Source of the DNA: an uncultured delta proteobacterium
GTDB taxonomy: Bacteria > Desulfobacterota > Binatia > Binatales > Binataceae
Assembly: GCA_963815835.1 (NCBI GenBank)
Contig: CAWFIF010000001.1
Coordinates: forward strand, 1,571,479 to 1,635,478
Length of the DNA: 64,000 bases
Reading direction: 5' to 3'
The position numbers and the translations under genes were made by a program. The first letter of the stretch is position 1. Each line of letters begins with the position of its first letter. Positions 9,559 to 19,804 of the stretch are shown here, in pieces. Below the pieces are notes generated by a model, which did not search any database, was not told the DNA's origin, and saw nothing but the letters and a program-made list of their open reading frames with translations.

Positions 9559-10325
9559 CAGAGTTTGCGCGAGTCGTACCAGAGCGGCGGCAGGAACCCC
9601 GGAGAGACGTAGGCGTAGTGAATCGCATCGAGGAGCCCCCACAGGATATGACACTTGATCGTGAGCGCCTCGGCCGCGCGATCCTGCGACTCGCGCGTGG
9701 TGCAGTGCGCGACGACATATTGCAGGCCGAACTCGGAGTCGCGCGGCGCTTGCACAAGGCGTCCGCGGAAATAATCGAGGCCGCGGCGATCGAGCCATGG
9801 GTAGAGCTTCTCCAACGCGACGATTCGATCCGCCATCAGAACGGGGGCGAACAATTCGGTGAGCGAGGATGCGACCGCTTCGGTCAGTGGGCGCGACGCA
9901 CACAAATTCACATAGGCATCGACGGCAAAGCGTACGCCGGGCAGTACGTAGCGCAAGCTGGCGACGTCGGCAGCATCGAGGCCCGCAGCCTCCGCGAGCC
10001 GGTACCATTTGCTGATGCCGCCTTCGGTGTCGCCGATTCCGTCGTGGTCCGTGATCCGCGTTATCCAGGCGCGGCGGAACTCGCGATCGTCGGCCTTCGC
10101 AAGGATGATCGCGTCTTTCTTTGGGATGCTCCACTGATAGTAGAAACGATTTTCGATCCACGCCTGCAGTTGGCGCTTAGTGAGTTTGCCCTGATGCATC
10201 AGGATATGGAACGGATGCTTGTCGTGATAGGCAGCCGCTCCAATCGCACGCAATCGCGCGACAAACTCTTCGGGCGAGTCGGGTGGCTGCAGGGCGGGAG
10301 TGGCAGAGCTACTTCTTTCGTTCAT
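9558..10325 (-). CDS. pqqC: Pyrroloquinoline-quinone synthase PqqC
   Basis: ..YHDKHPFHILMHQGKLTKRQLQAWIENRFYYQWSIPKKDAIIL..ITDHDG..LPGVRFAVDAYVNL..SSLTELFAP.. are PqqC hallmarks. The start is the internal Met (MNERSS) of ORF 9558..10421. Confidence 0.85.
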   Translation of the reverse strand: MNERSSSATPALQPPDSPEEFVARLRAIGAAAYHDKHPFHILMHQGKLTKRQLQAWIENRFYYQWSIPKKDAIILAKADDREFRRAWITRITDHDGIGDTEGGISKWYRLAEAAGLDAADVASLRYVLPGVRFAVDAYVNLCASRPLTEAVASSLTELFAPVLMADRIVALEKLYPWLDRRGLDYFRGRLVQAPRDSEFGLQYVVAHCTTRESQDRAAEALTIKCHILWGLLDAIHYAYVSPGFLPPLWYDSRKL

Positions 10326-10341
10326 CTCTCGCACCGCGGAA

Positions 10342-11241
10342 CTACAGCGTGAAGTCCATGCCGTCCTCGGCGACCTCCCATCCGGCTTTCTCGATCGCGC
10401 GCCGCTCGGGCGAAGTTTCATCGAGGATGGGATTGGTGTTGTTCACATGAGTATAGACCTTTCTGGCGCGAAGATGGCTGAGGCGCGCGAGGCTGCCGTC
10501 GGGTCCATCGATAGGAACATGCCCCATCGCCGAGGCGGTACGGGTGCCGACGCCGCGGCGCTCCATTTCGTCTTCGGACCAGAAGCTCCCATCGAACAGG
10601 ATGCAATCGCACTCCGAGGCCGCCGCAACCAACTCCTCGCTGATGTGCTTGATGGCGGGGACGTACAGAATCGAGGTTTTACTGCTACTGTCTGCTACAC
10701 AGTACGACAGAGTACTTCCGGCGAGGCTGTCAAACGGTGTTTTAGCGTATGTCGGTACCTTCCCCTCCACGAAGATCGCCTCGTAGCTGAGGCCGTCTCG
10801 ACATTGCGTCGGTTGACGATTCGTCACCTCCTGCCATCGAAATCTCGCCGGCTGGATGAGGCCGCCGAAGATGGGATTCGATTCGAATACCCAATCGTAC
10901 ACCCGCCGCGTGCAATGCATCTCGATGGGTTCATTTTCGCGCAGTGACAGCAGTCCGGTGACGTGATCGAGTTCCGCATCGGTCAGCAGCACCGACGCGA
11001 TCGATGATCCTCTCGCGCCATCTTTGGGAAGCAGTTCCGGGAATGACGATATCTGTGCTCGAAGGTCGGGGCTTGCGTTCAGCAACAACCATCGCGAGCC
11101 ATCACCACTGATGGCAACTGAGCATTGGGTCCGCGCCTTTGCGCGAATCACGCCCGCTCTCAGTCCGCGGCAATTAGCGCAATTACAGTTCCATTGCGGA
11201 AAGCCGCCCCCCGCCGCGGAGCCAAGGACATGGACCCGCAC
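10342..11241 (-). CDS. pqqB: PQQ biosynthesis protein PqqB (metallo-beta-lactamase fold)
   Basis: N-terminus (M/V)RVHVLGSAAGGGFPQWNCNCANC is the PqqB signature. Apparent GTG start. Confidence 0.85.
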   Translation of the reverse strand: MRVHVLGSAAGGGFPQWNCNCANCRGLRAGVIRAKARTQCSVAISGDGSRWLLLNASPDLRAQISSFPELLPKDGARGSSIASVLLTDAELDHVTGLLSLRENEPIEMHCTRRVYDWVFESNPIFGGLIQPARFRWQEVTNRQPTQCRDGLSYEAIFVEGKVPTYAKTPFDSLAGSTLSYCVADSSSKTSILYVPAIKHISEELVAAASECDCILFDGSFWSEDEMERRGVGTRTASAMGHVPIDGPDGSLARLSHLRARKVYTHVNNTNPILDETSPERRAIEKAGWEVAEDGMDFTL

Positions 11242-11252
11242 AACTGCCGAGC

Positions 11253-11405
11253 TTATGACTCCGAACTATTTTCCGAGGCCGACTCGGTCATCACCGGACG
11301 ATTCGGAATCCGAACCTTGCCGGTTTCAGGCAGCGCGGAACTGTAGCAGTTGATTTCCGCATCCATGCGGATTTCGACGAACTCAGGCGTTTTCCAATCG
11401 TTCAT
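11253..11405 (-). CDS. pqqA: PQQ precursor peptide PqqA (unusually long, 50 aa)
   Basis: Small ORF not in the track. Reverse strand reads ATG AAC GAT TGG AAA ACG CCT GAG TTC .. = MNDWKTPEFVEIRMDAEINCYSSALPETGK.., stop TAA. It contains the conserved W-K-(P/T)-x-F and the E-x-x-x-Y pair (EINCY) that are cross-linked to form PQQ. It lies 11 nt upstream of pqqB. Confidence 0.7.
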   Translation of the reverse strand: MNDWKTPEFVEIRMDAEINCYSSALPETGKVRIPNRPVMTESASENSSES

Positions 11406-11613
11406 AAGCTCTCACCCCGTCTCGGCATTATAGGGGATGCTTTTCTCCTCAAGCAACCGAAATTTCTCCATCGGTTATGCCGATGGGAATACGGAGGCGC
11501 TCCCGCCGATGCGGGAGCGCAACGAGGATTCCGTAGAGCCGGGCAGGATGGCACTCCGGTCGCAGAGAGAAAAAAGAGCGACCGTCGCGCCATCCCGCCC
11601 GGCCCCCTCCTCC

Positions 11614-11651
11614 ATGCGTGCGGGCGGGCGATGACGCCCGCCCGCACGCAT
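11614..11651. terminator. Perfect 17-bp inverted repeat with a 4-nt loop between the RND efflux operon and pqqA
   Basis: ATGCGTGCGGGCGGGCG-ATGA-CGCCCGCCCGCACGCAT. It sits 30 nt downstream of the RND permease stop on the minus strand. It is a GC-rich hairpin without a U-tract. Confidence 0.45.
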
Positions 11652-11681
11652 ACCCCTCGTCAGGAATCCTGAAAGCCGCGA

Positions 11682-14600
11682 TTAGTGCGGCGAGCGTTTG
11701 AGGACCCCCACTGCGACGGGCGGTTCTTGCTCCTGGCGAGGTTGCGTCATGTTGAGCACTGTTCCCTCCGTCCGGTGCGATAGGCGCTCGACGATCACAA
11801 AGAGCACCGGAATCAGGAAGATCGCGAAGGCGGTTGAGAAGATCATCCCGGTTATCGTGACGGTCCCGATAAGGCGGCGCGCCTGGGCGCCGGCGCCCAG
11901 CGCATTCCACAAAGGGAACAGCCCGAAGATGAACGCGAACGAGGTCATGAGTATTGGCCGCAGACGCGCGCGGGCGCCATTGAGGGCCGCATCGACCAGC
12001 GGCTGGCCCTTCTCCAGCTCAGCCTTCGCGAACTCGACGATAAGGATCGCGTTCTTCGCGGACAGACCTATCAACATGAGCAGCCCGACCTGCGCGTAGA
12101 CATCGTTGTCGAGGCGGCGCGCCCACAATCCAAAGAAGGCGCCGCATACCGCGACCGGCACGCTCAGAAGTACGCTGAACGGCAGCGACCAGCTTTCATA
12201 GAGTGCGGCGAGGATCAAGAACACGAGCACTAATGACAGGGCGAATATTCCCGCGCCACCGCCGGCGATGGATTGCTGGTACGAAATCCCATTCCAGGCG
12301 AAACCCATATCGCGCGGCAGGACCTGATTCGCGACCTCGCTCACCGCTTGCATCGCCTGGCCGGTGCTGTACCCGGGCGCCGGAATCGCGAAAATCTCGA
12401 TGCCGCGGTACTCGTTGAAGCGAGTGGTATATTCCGGGCCGAATACGCTCTGCATGTTCACCAGCGTGGATAGCGGCACCATGTCGCCGTTGTTGTTGCG
12501 CACGTAGAATTGGCCGACCTGGCTGGTATCGGCACGATATTTCGGCTCGGCCTCGACGAATACTTTCCAGACCCGGCCAAAACGGTTGAACTGGTTAACG
12601 TAATACCCTCCCAGCAGTGTCTGCAGCGCGCTGTAGACATCCTGGATTGAGACTCCCAGTTTAAACACCTTGTCCTTGTCCACCCCGGCGTAGATCTGTG
12701 GATTAGCGGGATTGAAGAGCAGCGCCAGCATGCCGATCTCTTTGTGCTGCTTCGCGGCAGCAAGAAATTTCTGCGTGTTCTGCCAAAGGTAGTCAACCTC
12801 TTTGCCGGCGCGATCCTGAACGAAAAAGTCGACCCCGCTGGCCTGGCCGATACCGGGGATCGCCGGAGGCAAAAATCCAAACGCTTGCGCATCGGGTAGA
12901 GCCGCCAGCTTGCGATTTACGTCCGCAACGATCGCATCGGCATGAAGTCCCGCATTCTTTCGCTCTTCGTACGGCTCGAGCTGGCAGAAGTAGAGACCGT
13001 TGCGGCTGCTGACGGTTTGTGAGAGCAGGCTGTACCCGGCCACCGCGCTGTAATACTGGATGCCAGGCTCGCTGCCGATGATGCGATCGATCTCGCGCAT
13101 TACCGCGCCGGTCCGTTCGAGCGAAGCGGCGGGGGGAAGCTGCACGTTCATGAAGAAATAGCCGTTGTCTTCATCGGGCAAAAACGAATTCGGCAATATC
13201 TTGCCCAGCCCGCCGACGAGCACAATGAATCCGGCCAAGAGCACCACCGCCATCAACAGTTTGTGGACCAGCAGATTACAAGCCCGTACATACCCGCTCT
13301 GCGCCCTATCGAATGCCGCATTGAATCCGTTAAAAAAGCGCCCGAGTGGACCGCGACCGCCACCACTCTCGCGCGGCCGCAGGAGCATCGCCGCCAGCGC
13401 CGGGCTTAGAGTGAGTGCGTTGAGCGCGGAGAGCAAAACTGAAAACGCGATCGTCAGCGCGAATTGCTTGTACAGCGACCCGGTGATGCCGGCCATGAAT
13501 GCCGCGGGAATGAACACGGCGGCGAGCACCAGCGCGATGCCGACCAGCGCTCCGCTGATTTCATCCATCGCTTCGAATGCGGCATCGCGGGGAGAGCGTC
13601 CCTGTTCGATCTTTGCCTCGATCGCCTCAACCACAACGATCGCGTCATCGACCACTAGTCCTACCGCCAGCACCAATCCGAGCAGCGCGAGCGTGTTGAT
13701 CGTGAATCCCACCACCGGAAAGAACATAAACGCGCCGACCAGCGAGACGGGAATCGTGAGCATCGGAATCAGCGTGGCACGCCAGTTCTGCAGGAAAATG
13801 AACACGACCAGGATGACCAGCACAATGGCCTCGAGCAGCGTCTTGACGATTTCGCGCGCGCCTTCCGTTATCGGAATCGTAGTATCCAGAGTCAGCCTGA
13901 CCTGCATGTCGGAAGGAAAATGGCGCGCGAGCTCGGCCATCTTTGCCTTGGCCAGATTCGCGGCCGCCAAAGCGTTGGACCCGGGGTTTTGATACAGCCC
14001 CACGATGGCCGAAGGCAGTCCGTTCGTGGAAGCCTGCTGGGTATACGATTCCGTGCCGAGCTCGATGCGCGCGACATCCTTCAGCCGTACCAACGAGCCG
14101 TCGGGGTTCGCGCGAATTATGATGTCGCCGAACTGCTCCGCGGTCATCAGCCGTCCCTGCGCAGTAACGGAGTACGTGGTTTGCTGACCGGCGGGTGCGG
14201 GTGCGCCGCCAATTTGTCCGGCAGGGTTCACCACGTTCTGCGCCGAGATCGCGTTCTGGAGGTCGCCGACCGTCAATTGAAGCTTGGAAAGGATGTCGGG
14301 AGCGACCCAGACCCGCATCGCATAGTTGGAAGCACCAAACACCTTCACCTGGCCGATGCCGGGGATGCGCGCCAGTTCATCCTTGATGTTGATTGCCACG
14401 TAGTTCGAAAGGAAATTTTGGTCCCACGTGTGCTTCGGTGAGTTGATGGTGAAAACCAGCAGCGGAATGCCGACCGTCTGCTGCGTGGTGAGACCATAAT
14501 TGTTCACGTCGTTCGGCAGACTTGCAGTTGCCTGCGCGAGCCGATTCTGCACTTGCACCTGATCGAGATCGACATTGGTTCCGACCTCGAAACTGACTTG

Positions 14601-14870
14601 CAACGTCATCGTTCCGTCGTTGCCGTTGATCGACTGCATGTAGATCATGTTCTTGGCGCCGTTGACCTGCGCCTCGATCGGAGTGGCGACCGATTGCTCC
14701 ACCGTGAGCGCGTCGGCGCCGGTATACGTCGCGGTGGTCTGGATCTGCGGCGGAACGATGTCGGGGAATTGCGCGATGGGCAGCCGGAAAATCATCACCC
14801 CGCCCGCGATGACGAAGAAAATCGCGATTACGATCGCAACCGTCGGGTGACGGATGAAAAACTTCGACAT
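11682..14870 (-). CDS. RND-superfamily efflux permease (HAE1/AcrB-like)
   Basis: 1062 aa and 12-TM architecture. The N-terminus [43 protein letters not shown] is a typical AcrB start, with two large periplasmic loops. Confidence 0.9.
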   Translation of the reverse strand: MSKFFIRHPTVAIVIAIFFVIAGGVMIFRLPIAQFPDIVPPQIQTTATYTGADALTVEQSVATPIEAQVNGAKNMIYMQSINGNDGTMTLQVSFEVGTNVDLDQVQVQNRLAQATASLPNDVNNYGLTTQQTVGIPLLVFTINSPKHTWDQNFLSNYVAINIKDELARIPGIGQVKVFGASNYAMRVWVAPDILSKLQLTVGDLQNAISAQNVVNPAGQIGGAPAPAGQQTTYSVTAQGRLMTAEQFGDIIIRANPDGSLVRLKDVARIELGTESYTQQASTNGLPSAIVGLYQNPGSNALAAANLAKAKMAELARHFPSDMQVRLTLDTTIPITEGAREIVKTLLEAIVLVILVVFIFLQNWRATLIPMLTIPVSLVGAFMFFPVVGFTINTLALLGLVLAVGLVVDDAIVVVEAIEAKIEQGRSPRDAAFEAMDEISGALVGIALVLAAVFIPAAFMAGITGSLYKQFALTIAFSVLLSALNALTLSPALAAMLLRPRESGGGRGPLGRFFNGFNAAFDRAQSGYVRACNLLVHKLLMAVVLLAGFIVLVGGLGKILPNSFLPDEDNGYFFMNVQLPPAASLERTGAVMREIDRIIGSEPGIQYYSAVAGYSLLSQTVSSRNGLYFCQLEPYEERKNAGLHADAIVADVNRKLAALPDAQAFGFLPPAIPGIGQASGVDFFVQDRAGKEVDYLWQNTQKFLAAAKQHKEIGMLALLFNPANPQIYAGVDKDKVFKLGVSIQDVYSALQTLLGGYYVNQFNRFGRVWKVFVEAEPKYRADTSQVGQFYVRNNNGDMVPLSTLVNMQSVFGPEYTTRFNEYRGIEIFAIPAPGYSTGQAMQAVSEVANQVLPRDMGFAWNGISYQQSIAGGGAGIFALSLVLVFLILAALYESWSLPFSVLLSVPVAVCGAFFGLWARRLDNDVYAQVGLLMLIGLSAKNAILIVEFAKAELEKGQPLVDAALNGARARLRPILMTSFAFIFGLFPLWNALGAGAQARRLIGTVTITGMIFSTAFAIFLIPVLFVIVERLSHRTEGTVLNMTQPRQEQEPPVAVGVLKRSPH

Positions 14871-14874
14871 GGCG

Positions 14875-16104
14875 CTAGCTCTGGCCGCTTGAGTTTGCGG
14901 CCGCCGGGGGCGACTGGCCGGCCGCTCCGGGAGTGCTCTCTACTGTCGGCGCGGCCGCGACGTGGGGGTTGACTTCCATTCCATCGCGAACCTTCTGGAG
15001 TCCTTCGGTTACAACGCGTTCGCCGGGCGCGACCCCGCTCTGGAGGAGCTGAAGGCCGCCCACCTGCTCGCCCATCGTGACGGTGCGCATCGTCACCTTA
15101 TTGTCCGAATCCACCACGGCGACCTGATATTGCCCCTGGGTCTGAAGCACGGCGTTTTGCGGCACCAAGAGCGCATTGTGCACGGTGCCGGTCGGGGCGC
15201 GGATTTTCGCATACAAACCGGGGCGCAGAATGTTGTCGGGATTCGGGAAGGTCGCTTGAACTTTGATGGTGCCGGTCTGGATTTCGACCTGCCGATTCAC
15301 AGCGTAGAACCGGCCCACGTATTTGTAGGTGCTTCCGTCAGAAAGGGTCATTCCGAGCTTGGGCCCGTTGTTAGGATCCCGGTTGATTTGATCGGAGAAG
15401 TGAAGATAGATCTGCTCGCTGATTGGAAATTCGACCTTGATCGGATCGAGTTGCGAGACGGTCGTAAGCAGCGAGGTGGTTGAGACGAGATCGCCGACCT
15501 GCGCCTTCGCGATCCCGGCGACGCCATTAACCGGCGAAGTCACCTTGGTCCATCCCAGGTTAAGCTTCGCGGTCTCGACTGCGGCCTGATCGGCTTGCAC
15601 TTGCGCTGCAGTTGCGCGGGTGGTCTGCGTTTGGTTATCGAAGTCTTGCCGCGATATCACTGCCTCCTTGAAGAGGCCCGTATAGCGGTCGAGATTCAGC
15701 TGGTTCAGCTTCAACTTCGCTTGCGCCTGGGCAAGATTGCCGAGCGCCTGGTCAAGAGCAGCCTGGTACTCGCGCGGATCGATCTCAAACAGCAGTTGTC
15801 CCGCATGCACTGCATCGCCGTCCCGATAATTCTGCTTGATTAGATAGCCGGAGATCTTCGGGTAAATGTCGGCGTTCACGAAACCTTCGGTCGTGCCGAC
15901 CGCCTCTGAGTACAATCTTACGTCCCGCTGGATGACATTGGTTACCGCGACGTCGAGAACCTGCGACGCTGCTGTCGGCGCAGACTTTCGGCAGCCGAAC
16001 GCCGCAACGGCCATCGCTGCCACGGAAATCCCGGCGGCGATGCATAGTATGGATCGCCCGATCAAAGCGTTTCGATGCGAGCTCATTCGAGTGCGATTCT
16101 CCAA
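14875..16104 (-). CDS. RND efflux periplasmic adaptor (membrane fusion protein, HlyD/AcrA family)
   Basis: Has a lipoprotein-like N-terminus, a coiled-coil hairpin (..[26 protein letters not shown]..) and beta-barrel/MP domains. It lies 5 nt upstream of the RND permease. Confidence 0.85.
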   Translation of the reverse strand: MENRTRMSSHRNALIGRSILCIAAGISVAAMAVAAFGCRKSAPTAASQVLDVAVTNVIQRDVRLYSEAVGTTEGFVNADIYPKISGYLIKQNYRDGDAVHAGQLLFEIDPREYQAALDQALGNLAQAQAKLKLNQLNLDRYTGLFKEAVISRQDFDNQTQTTRATAAQVQADQAAVETAKLNLGWTKVTSPVNGVAGIAKAQVGDLVSTTSLLTTVSQLDPIKVEFPISEQIYLHFSDQINRDPNNGPKLGMTLSDGSTYKYVGRFYAVNRQVEIQTGTIKVQATFPNPDNILRPGLYAKIRAPTGTVHNALLVPQNAVLQTQGQYQVAVVDSDNKVTMRTVTMGEQVGGLQLLQSGVAPGERVVTEGLQKVRDGMEVNPHVAAAPTVESTPGAAGQSPPAAANSSGQS

Positions 16105-16220
16105 AGCGATGGTTATACCATAAGCAATTTATCTCCAAACAGCGTCTTTAGGTCCACCGCGTGCCTGGACGTCTCGCATTTCGCGATGGCTCGCATTTGT
16201 CGAAGTCGTGAGCCGTCTCA

Positions 16221-18668
16221 CTACGGCGATGATGTCCCCATCAACGGAATCCTGATGCCGCCATAGATCGCGCGGCGAGGGCCATAGGCCGGCGAGAACA
16301 CGCCGATGCCGCTGCCGTTACGGATCTGGTAGATGTGGTCGAATAGGTTGATGATGCTCAGGCGGCATTCCGCCTCGCCGATCTGTGGCAACTTCACCCC
16401 TCGCACGATTCCCGCATTGAACTGGAGGATCGGTGGCAACTCGCCCGAGTTCGCGAAGCCGCGCCGATAGCCGGTGCCCCAGATGCCGTCGGCGGTGAGT
16501 AAAAATCCCCACAATTTGTAAGCCGCGCCTGCCGAGCCCGTGAACATCTGACTATCGTCGAGCGTGACCCAATGATTGGCGATGTAGCTGATTTCGGCCG
16601 CATCGCCGGCCAGGAACCCTCCCGCATTGATGTAGCGCGCTTGCAGCACCGAGTATGAGAAATTGAGGTAGGTAGTTAGCGTCTCGCCTTGATACGCCAG
16701 GCTGAAATCCGAGCCCCACGCGCGGCTGCGACGATAGGTGAGCGGCGCCGTCACGACCGTTCCGCCAAACTGGGCGAGGTCAAGCTGATTGTGCCCGAGC
16801 TTGAAAAATCCATCGAGGCCGAGATTCAGATGCTGGACGATGCGCTGTCTGATGCCCACATCAAAATAGTCATCGGTCTCCGCGCCGATTTTGTCGCTGC
16901 CACTATTGATCGGCGCGGCATTAGTAGTGCCGGCGAATTTCTCCACCGTCCCGAGCGCCACCTGGTCGAATGGCGGCACTTTGAAGTACCGCGCATATCC
17001 GCCATGCAGGATGGTCCCGCGTGTCACTTCGTATTCCAATCCGATGCGAGGGCTCAGCTGATTGCGGGTCACGAACGCGCTCATCCAGTCCCATCGCGCG
17101 CCGAAGTTGATGGTCAGTTTCGGCGTCGGGCGCCATTCGTCCTGCAGATAGAATCCCAACAGCCACGCGATTTGGTTGTTGTTGTCGATGATCGAGATGG
17201 GAGTCGAGCTTTTCTGCTTCCCATCTCTCGTCGCCATGAAGGTCTGCGCATGATCATCCAGCTCAATAGCCTCGCCGCTTAGATAGAACCCGGCGCCGAT
17301 CGTGTGATGTGAATCGAGCTTGTAGCTGGTGTCTTCCTGCACGCCATTGATGAAACCGGTGTGGAGGATTTTCGCGGCGACGCCGTTGTAAATGAGATCG
17401 CCTTTGGGATCGGGATCGAAACCTAAAACGTAGTACCGGCTGAATGCCGCGAGCTGGTAGTTGGTTTGGTCGCCGATGGCGCCTTGCAGCGCCAGCACGC
17501 CGTAGTAGTTCTGCTCGAGCTCGCTCTCATCAACCTGCGCCGACGGATAGACGGGCACGCCGGCCAGCATGAATTGCTGCGCGAGACCCGGTTGCGGCGG
17601 AATCTGGAAATAGTTGACCGCGGTTCCTGTCACCAACGACAGCCGTGTCTCGGAATCGATCAGATAGGAAAGATTCGCGAATCCCTGCCCCTGGTCGGTG
17701 TGATCATGATGAGGCGTCGGACTCGCGGTCGGCGACTGAAGGCCCAGATCGTCGCGCAGATAGTAGCCGCTCGCATAGTAGCTGAGCCGCCCGTCGCATC
17801 CGCCGAGTTCGAAACTGGGCTCGATCGTGTCGCGCTGCCCGCCGTAAATCTCGAGGTTGTTCAGGTCCGCGCCGCCATCGATGCATCCATCTTTGGTATG
17901 GATGTCGATGACTCCCTCGTTGCGATAACCGATCTCGGCCGGCAGCACGCCGGTAAGCAGCGTGATGCTATGCACGAAGCGGGGGCTGAAAATCTCGCCG
18001 AAGCTGGTGACCGCGTCGGGGATGAAGACATCGTTGATTCGATACTGGATGCCGCCGCCGTTCTCGCCATGGATATGAATCTGCCCCTGGCCCTGACCGT
18101 AGGAGTCCTGGCTCACGCCGGGCGCCTGTTGCAGAACCTGCGCGAGCGTCGAGTTCTCTCCCTCGGGCATCCGATGAATCGATTCGCGATCAAAATGATA
18201 TGCGGTGCTGCCGGTTTCGGGTGAGAGATCGTTCAGCGCGCGATCGAATCGTGGAGCGAGCACTTGAAGCGTCAGCGGCTGGTTCGCCTCCATCGCCAGC
18301 ACGACCGGTTTGGTTGGGGTTCCGAGGGTGATGACGACCGACACGGTTGCGGTCTTGAACCCCGGCTTGGTGGCGACGATCTTGAGGGCGCCAAGGGGAG
18401 CCCGCAGGCCGAATTTCCCGTGGTTGTCAGTCTGTTCGAAGGCCTCGACCATACCGTCGGCCGTTTCGAGGCGCACCTCGGCGCCGGCAATCGGTCTTCC
18501 GAGCGAGTCATTGATCGTGCCCTCAACCAATTGTACTCCACCATGCTGGCTACCCTCAGGGGCAATGATCGTCGCGCTCGATTGCGTGAACCCTGCGGAG
18601 AGCAACAGCCCAACCGATATGCCGACGAATAGCCAGACTGTGGTGGAATACCTGGGCCGCAACGACAC
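16221..18668 (-). CDS. TonB-dependent receptor-like outer-membrane protein with N-terminal carboxypeptidase-regulatory-like domain
   Basis: 815 aa. Signal peptide, then ..GTINDSLGRPIAGAEVRL.. (CarbopepD_reg-like), then a plug region ..STLAQVLQQAPGVSQDS.., then a long beta-barrel. Confidence 0.75.
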   Translation of the reverse strand: MSLRPRYSTTVWLFVGISVGLLLSAGFTQSSATIIAPEGSQHGGVQLVEGTINDSLGRPIAGAEVRLETADGMVEAFEQTDNHGKFGLRAPLGALKIVATKPGFKTATVSVVITLGTPTKPVVLAMEANQPLTLQVLAPRFDRALNDLSPETGSTAYHFDRESIHRMPEGENSTLAQVLQQAPGVSQDSYGQGQGQIHIHGENGGGIQYRINDVFIPDAVTSFGEIFSPRFVHSITLLTGVLPAEIGYRNEGVIDIHTKDGCIDGGADLNNLEIYGGQRDTIEPSFELGGCDGRLSYYASGYYLRDDLGLQSPTASPTPHHDHTDQGQGFANLSYLIDSETRLSLVTGTAVNYFQIPPQPGLAQQFMLAGVPVYPSAQVDESELEQNYYGVLALQGAIGDQTNYQLAAFSRYYVLGFDPDPKGDLIYNGVAAKILHTGFINGVQEDTSYKLDSHHTIGAGFYLSGEAIELDDHAQTFMATRDGKQKSSTPISIIDNNNQIAWLLGFYLQDEWRPTPKLTINFGARWDWMSAFVTRNQLSPRIGLEYEVTRGTILHGGYARYFKVPPFDQVALGTVEKFAGTTNAAPINSGSDKIGAETDDYFDVGIRQRIVQHLNLGLDGFFKLGHNQLDLAQFGGTVVTAPLTYRRSRAWGSDFSLAYQGETLTTYLNFSYSVLQARYINAGGFLAGDAAEISYIANHWVTLDDSQMFTGSAGAAYKLWGFLLTADGIWGTGYRRGFANSGELPPILQFNAGIVRGVKLPQIGEAECRLSIINLFDHIYQIRNGSGIGVFSPAYGPRRAIYGGIRIPLMGTSSP

Positions 18669-18808
18669 CCTCGCGTCTCGTGAGGGTTGATACTGTTTGA
18701 ATTCGCGCCCCCGCTCAAGGAAGCCAATCGCGGCTGAGACGGCGCGCCGACTTTCGACTCTGGGATTGATTCGCCGACGCCGGTATCTTAGCCGGGACAG
18801 TCAATCCC

Positions 18809-19717
18809 GTGAATCAGTCCCTTCATCGACACCCGCTGTGGCTAGCGCTAACGACGGGACTCGTTTCTGCGTTTTTCAGCATACTGTACCAGGCCATCGA
18901 CGAGTTCCTGACCCTCGCCCCGCACGAGCAGTTCAAAGAGCTGATTGTCATCGCGGTGACCTCGATCGGAATGCTGCTCGCGATCGAGCCGATCCTCGAA
19001 AGAATCTCACCGGTACAAGCTCACCAGTCATTCAAGCGCGAGGACGACATACTGATCAGGGCAGGCGCTTTTCTGACCATCGTCGCCACCGCCTTCCTTC
19101 ATGGACTCTTGCATGCACACATCAGCCAGAGCCTCAGCGTTCATGGGATGCTGGTGTTGGAACAGTTACTGACCGCGCTGGTGGCTCCCACCCTCATCAC
19201 GCTTTCATGGATCTATGGTGTGAGGCGTAGGCAGGCGCGATGGTATGGGCTGATCGTCGGCGTGCTGACGGGCTTGGGGTTGGTCATGTTCGCGATGGTG
19301 CAACTTTACTTCTTGCGTCCATCGGCGGGACTTCGCGATGCCTCCCCTCGCAACGCCGCGATGGCATTGCTTGCCGTCGCGATCTCTTTCCTATGGTTCA
19401 TCCTGCCGACCTGCGCCGTGAACGGATACCTGGGCGGCCTCGCGGTTGACATGAGGTGGAGCGGCAAGGCGTGGAGCGCGGTCGCACTCGGTCTGACGAT
19501 AGCTGCTGCGGTCGAGGCCGGGTCATTCTTCCTGGTTTCCACCGTCGAGCTTCCCTCGATAAGGCCGGCTGATCTCATACATTCAGAGTCGTTGGTATCT
19601 CTGCTCGCGGAGGTCGTCATCGGCAACCTCGGCTGGTCGATGGGCCTTTGGGTTCGCCCCGACTCCGACGCTTTGCTGTTAGGTGCGCGTCAACCCCTGA
19701 CTGGGCGCGACATATAA
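18809..19717 (+). CDS. Hypothetical polytopic membrane protein
   Basis: 302 aa with about 7 hydrophobic segments. No recognisable motif. Divergent from the TonB-dependent receptor. Confidence 0.4.
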   Translation: MNQSLHRHPLWLALTTGLVSAFFSILYQAIDEFLTLAPHEQFKELIVIAVTSIGMLLAIEPILERISPVQAHQSFKREDDILIRAGAFLTIVATAFLHGLLHAHISQSLSVHGMLVLEQLLTALVAPTLITLSWIYGVRRRQARWYGLIVGVLTGLGLVMFAMVQLYFLRPSAGLRDASPRNAAMALLAVAISFLWFILPTCAVNGYLGGLAVDMRWSGKAWSAVALGLTIAAAVEAGSFFLVSTVELPSIRPADLIHSESLVSLLAEVVIGNLGWSMGLWVRPDSDALLLGARQPLTGRDI

Positions 19718-19804
19718 AAAGGTGCTCGGCATCGCGGGTATGGACTTTCTGCGGCGGCATGGTATGTCGATACCGCTCGACATCAAATGGAGATTGAGGT
19801 CCCG

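Noticed and set aside
13165-13992. 275-aa plus-strand ORF inside the RND permease gene, and similar ORFs antisense to the ADH (20510..21400), ACAD (35077..36162), DHS/IMPase (51204..53023), sensor kinase and response regulator (58796..61305)
   Set aside because: All overlap strongly supported genes on the other strand and translate to Ser/Thr/Arg-rich low-complexity sequence. They are spurious.
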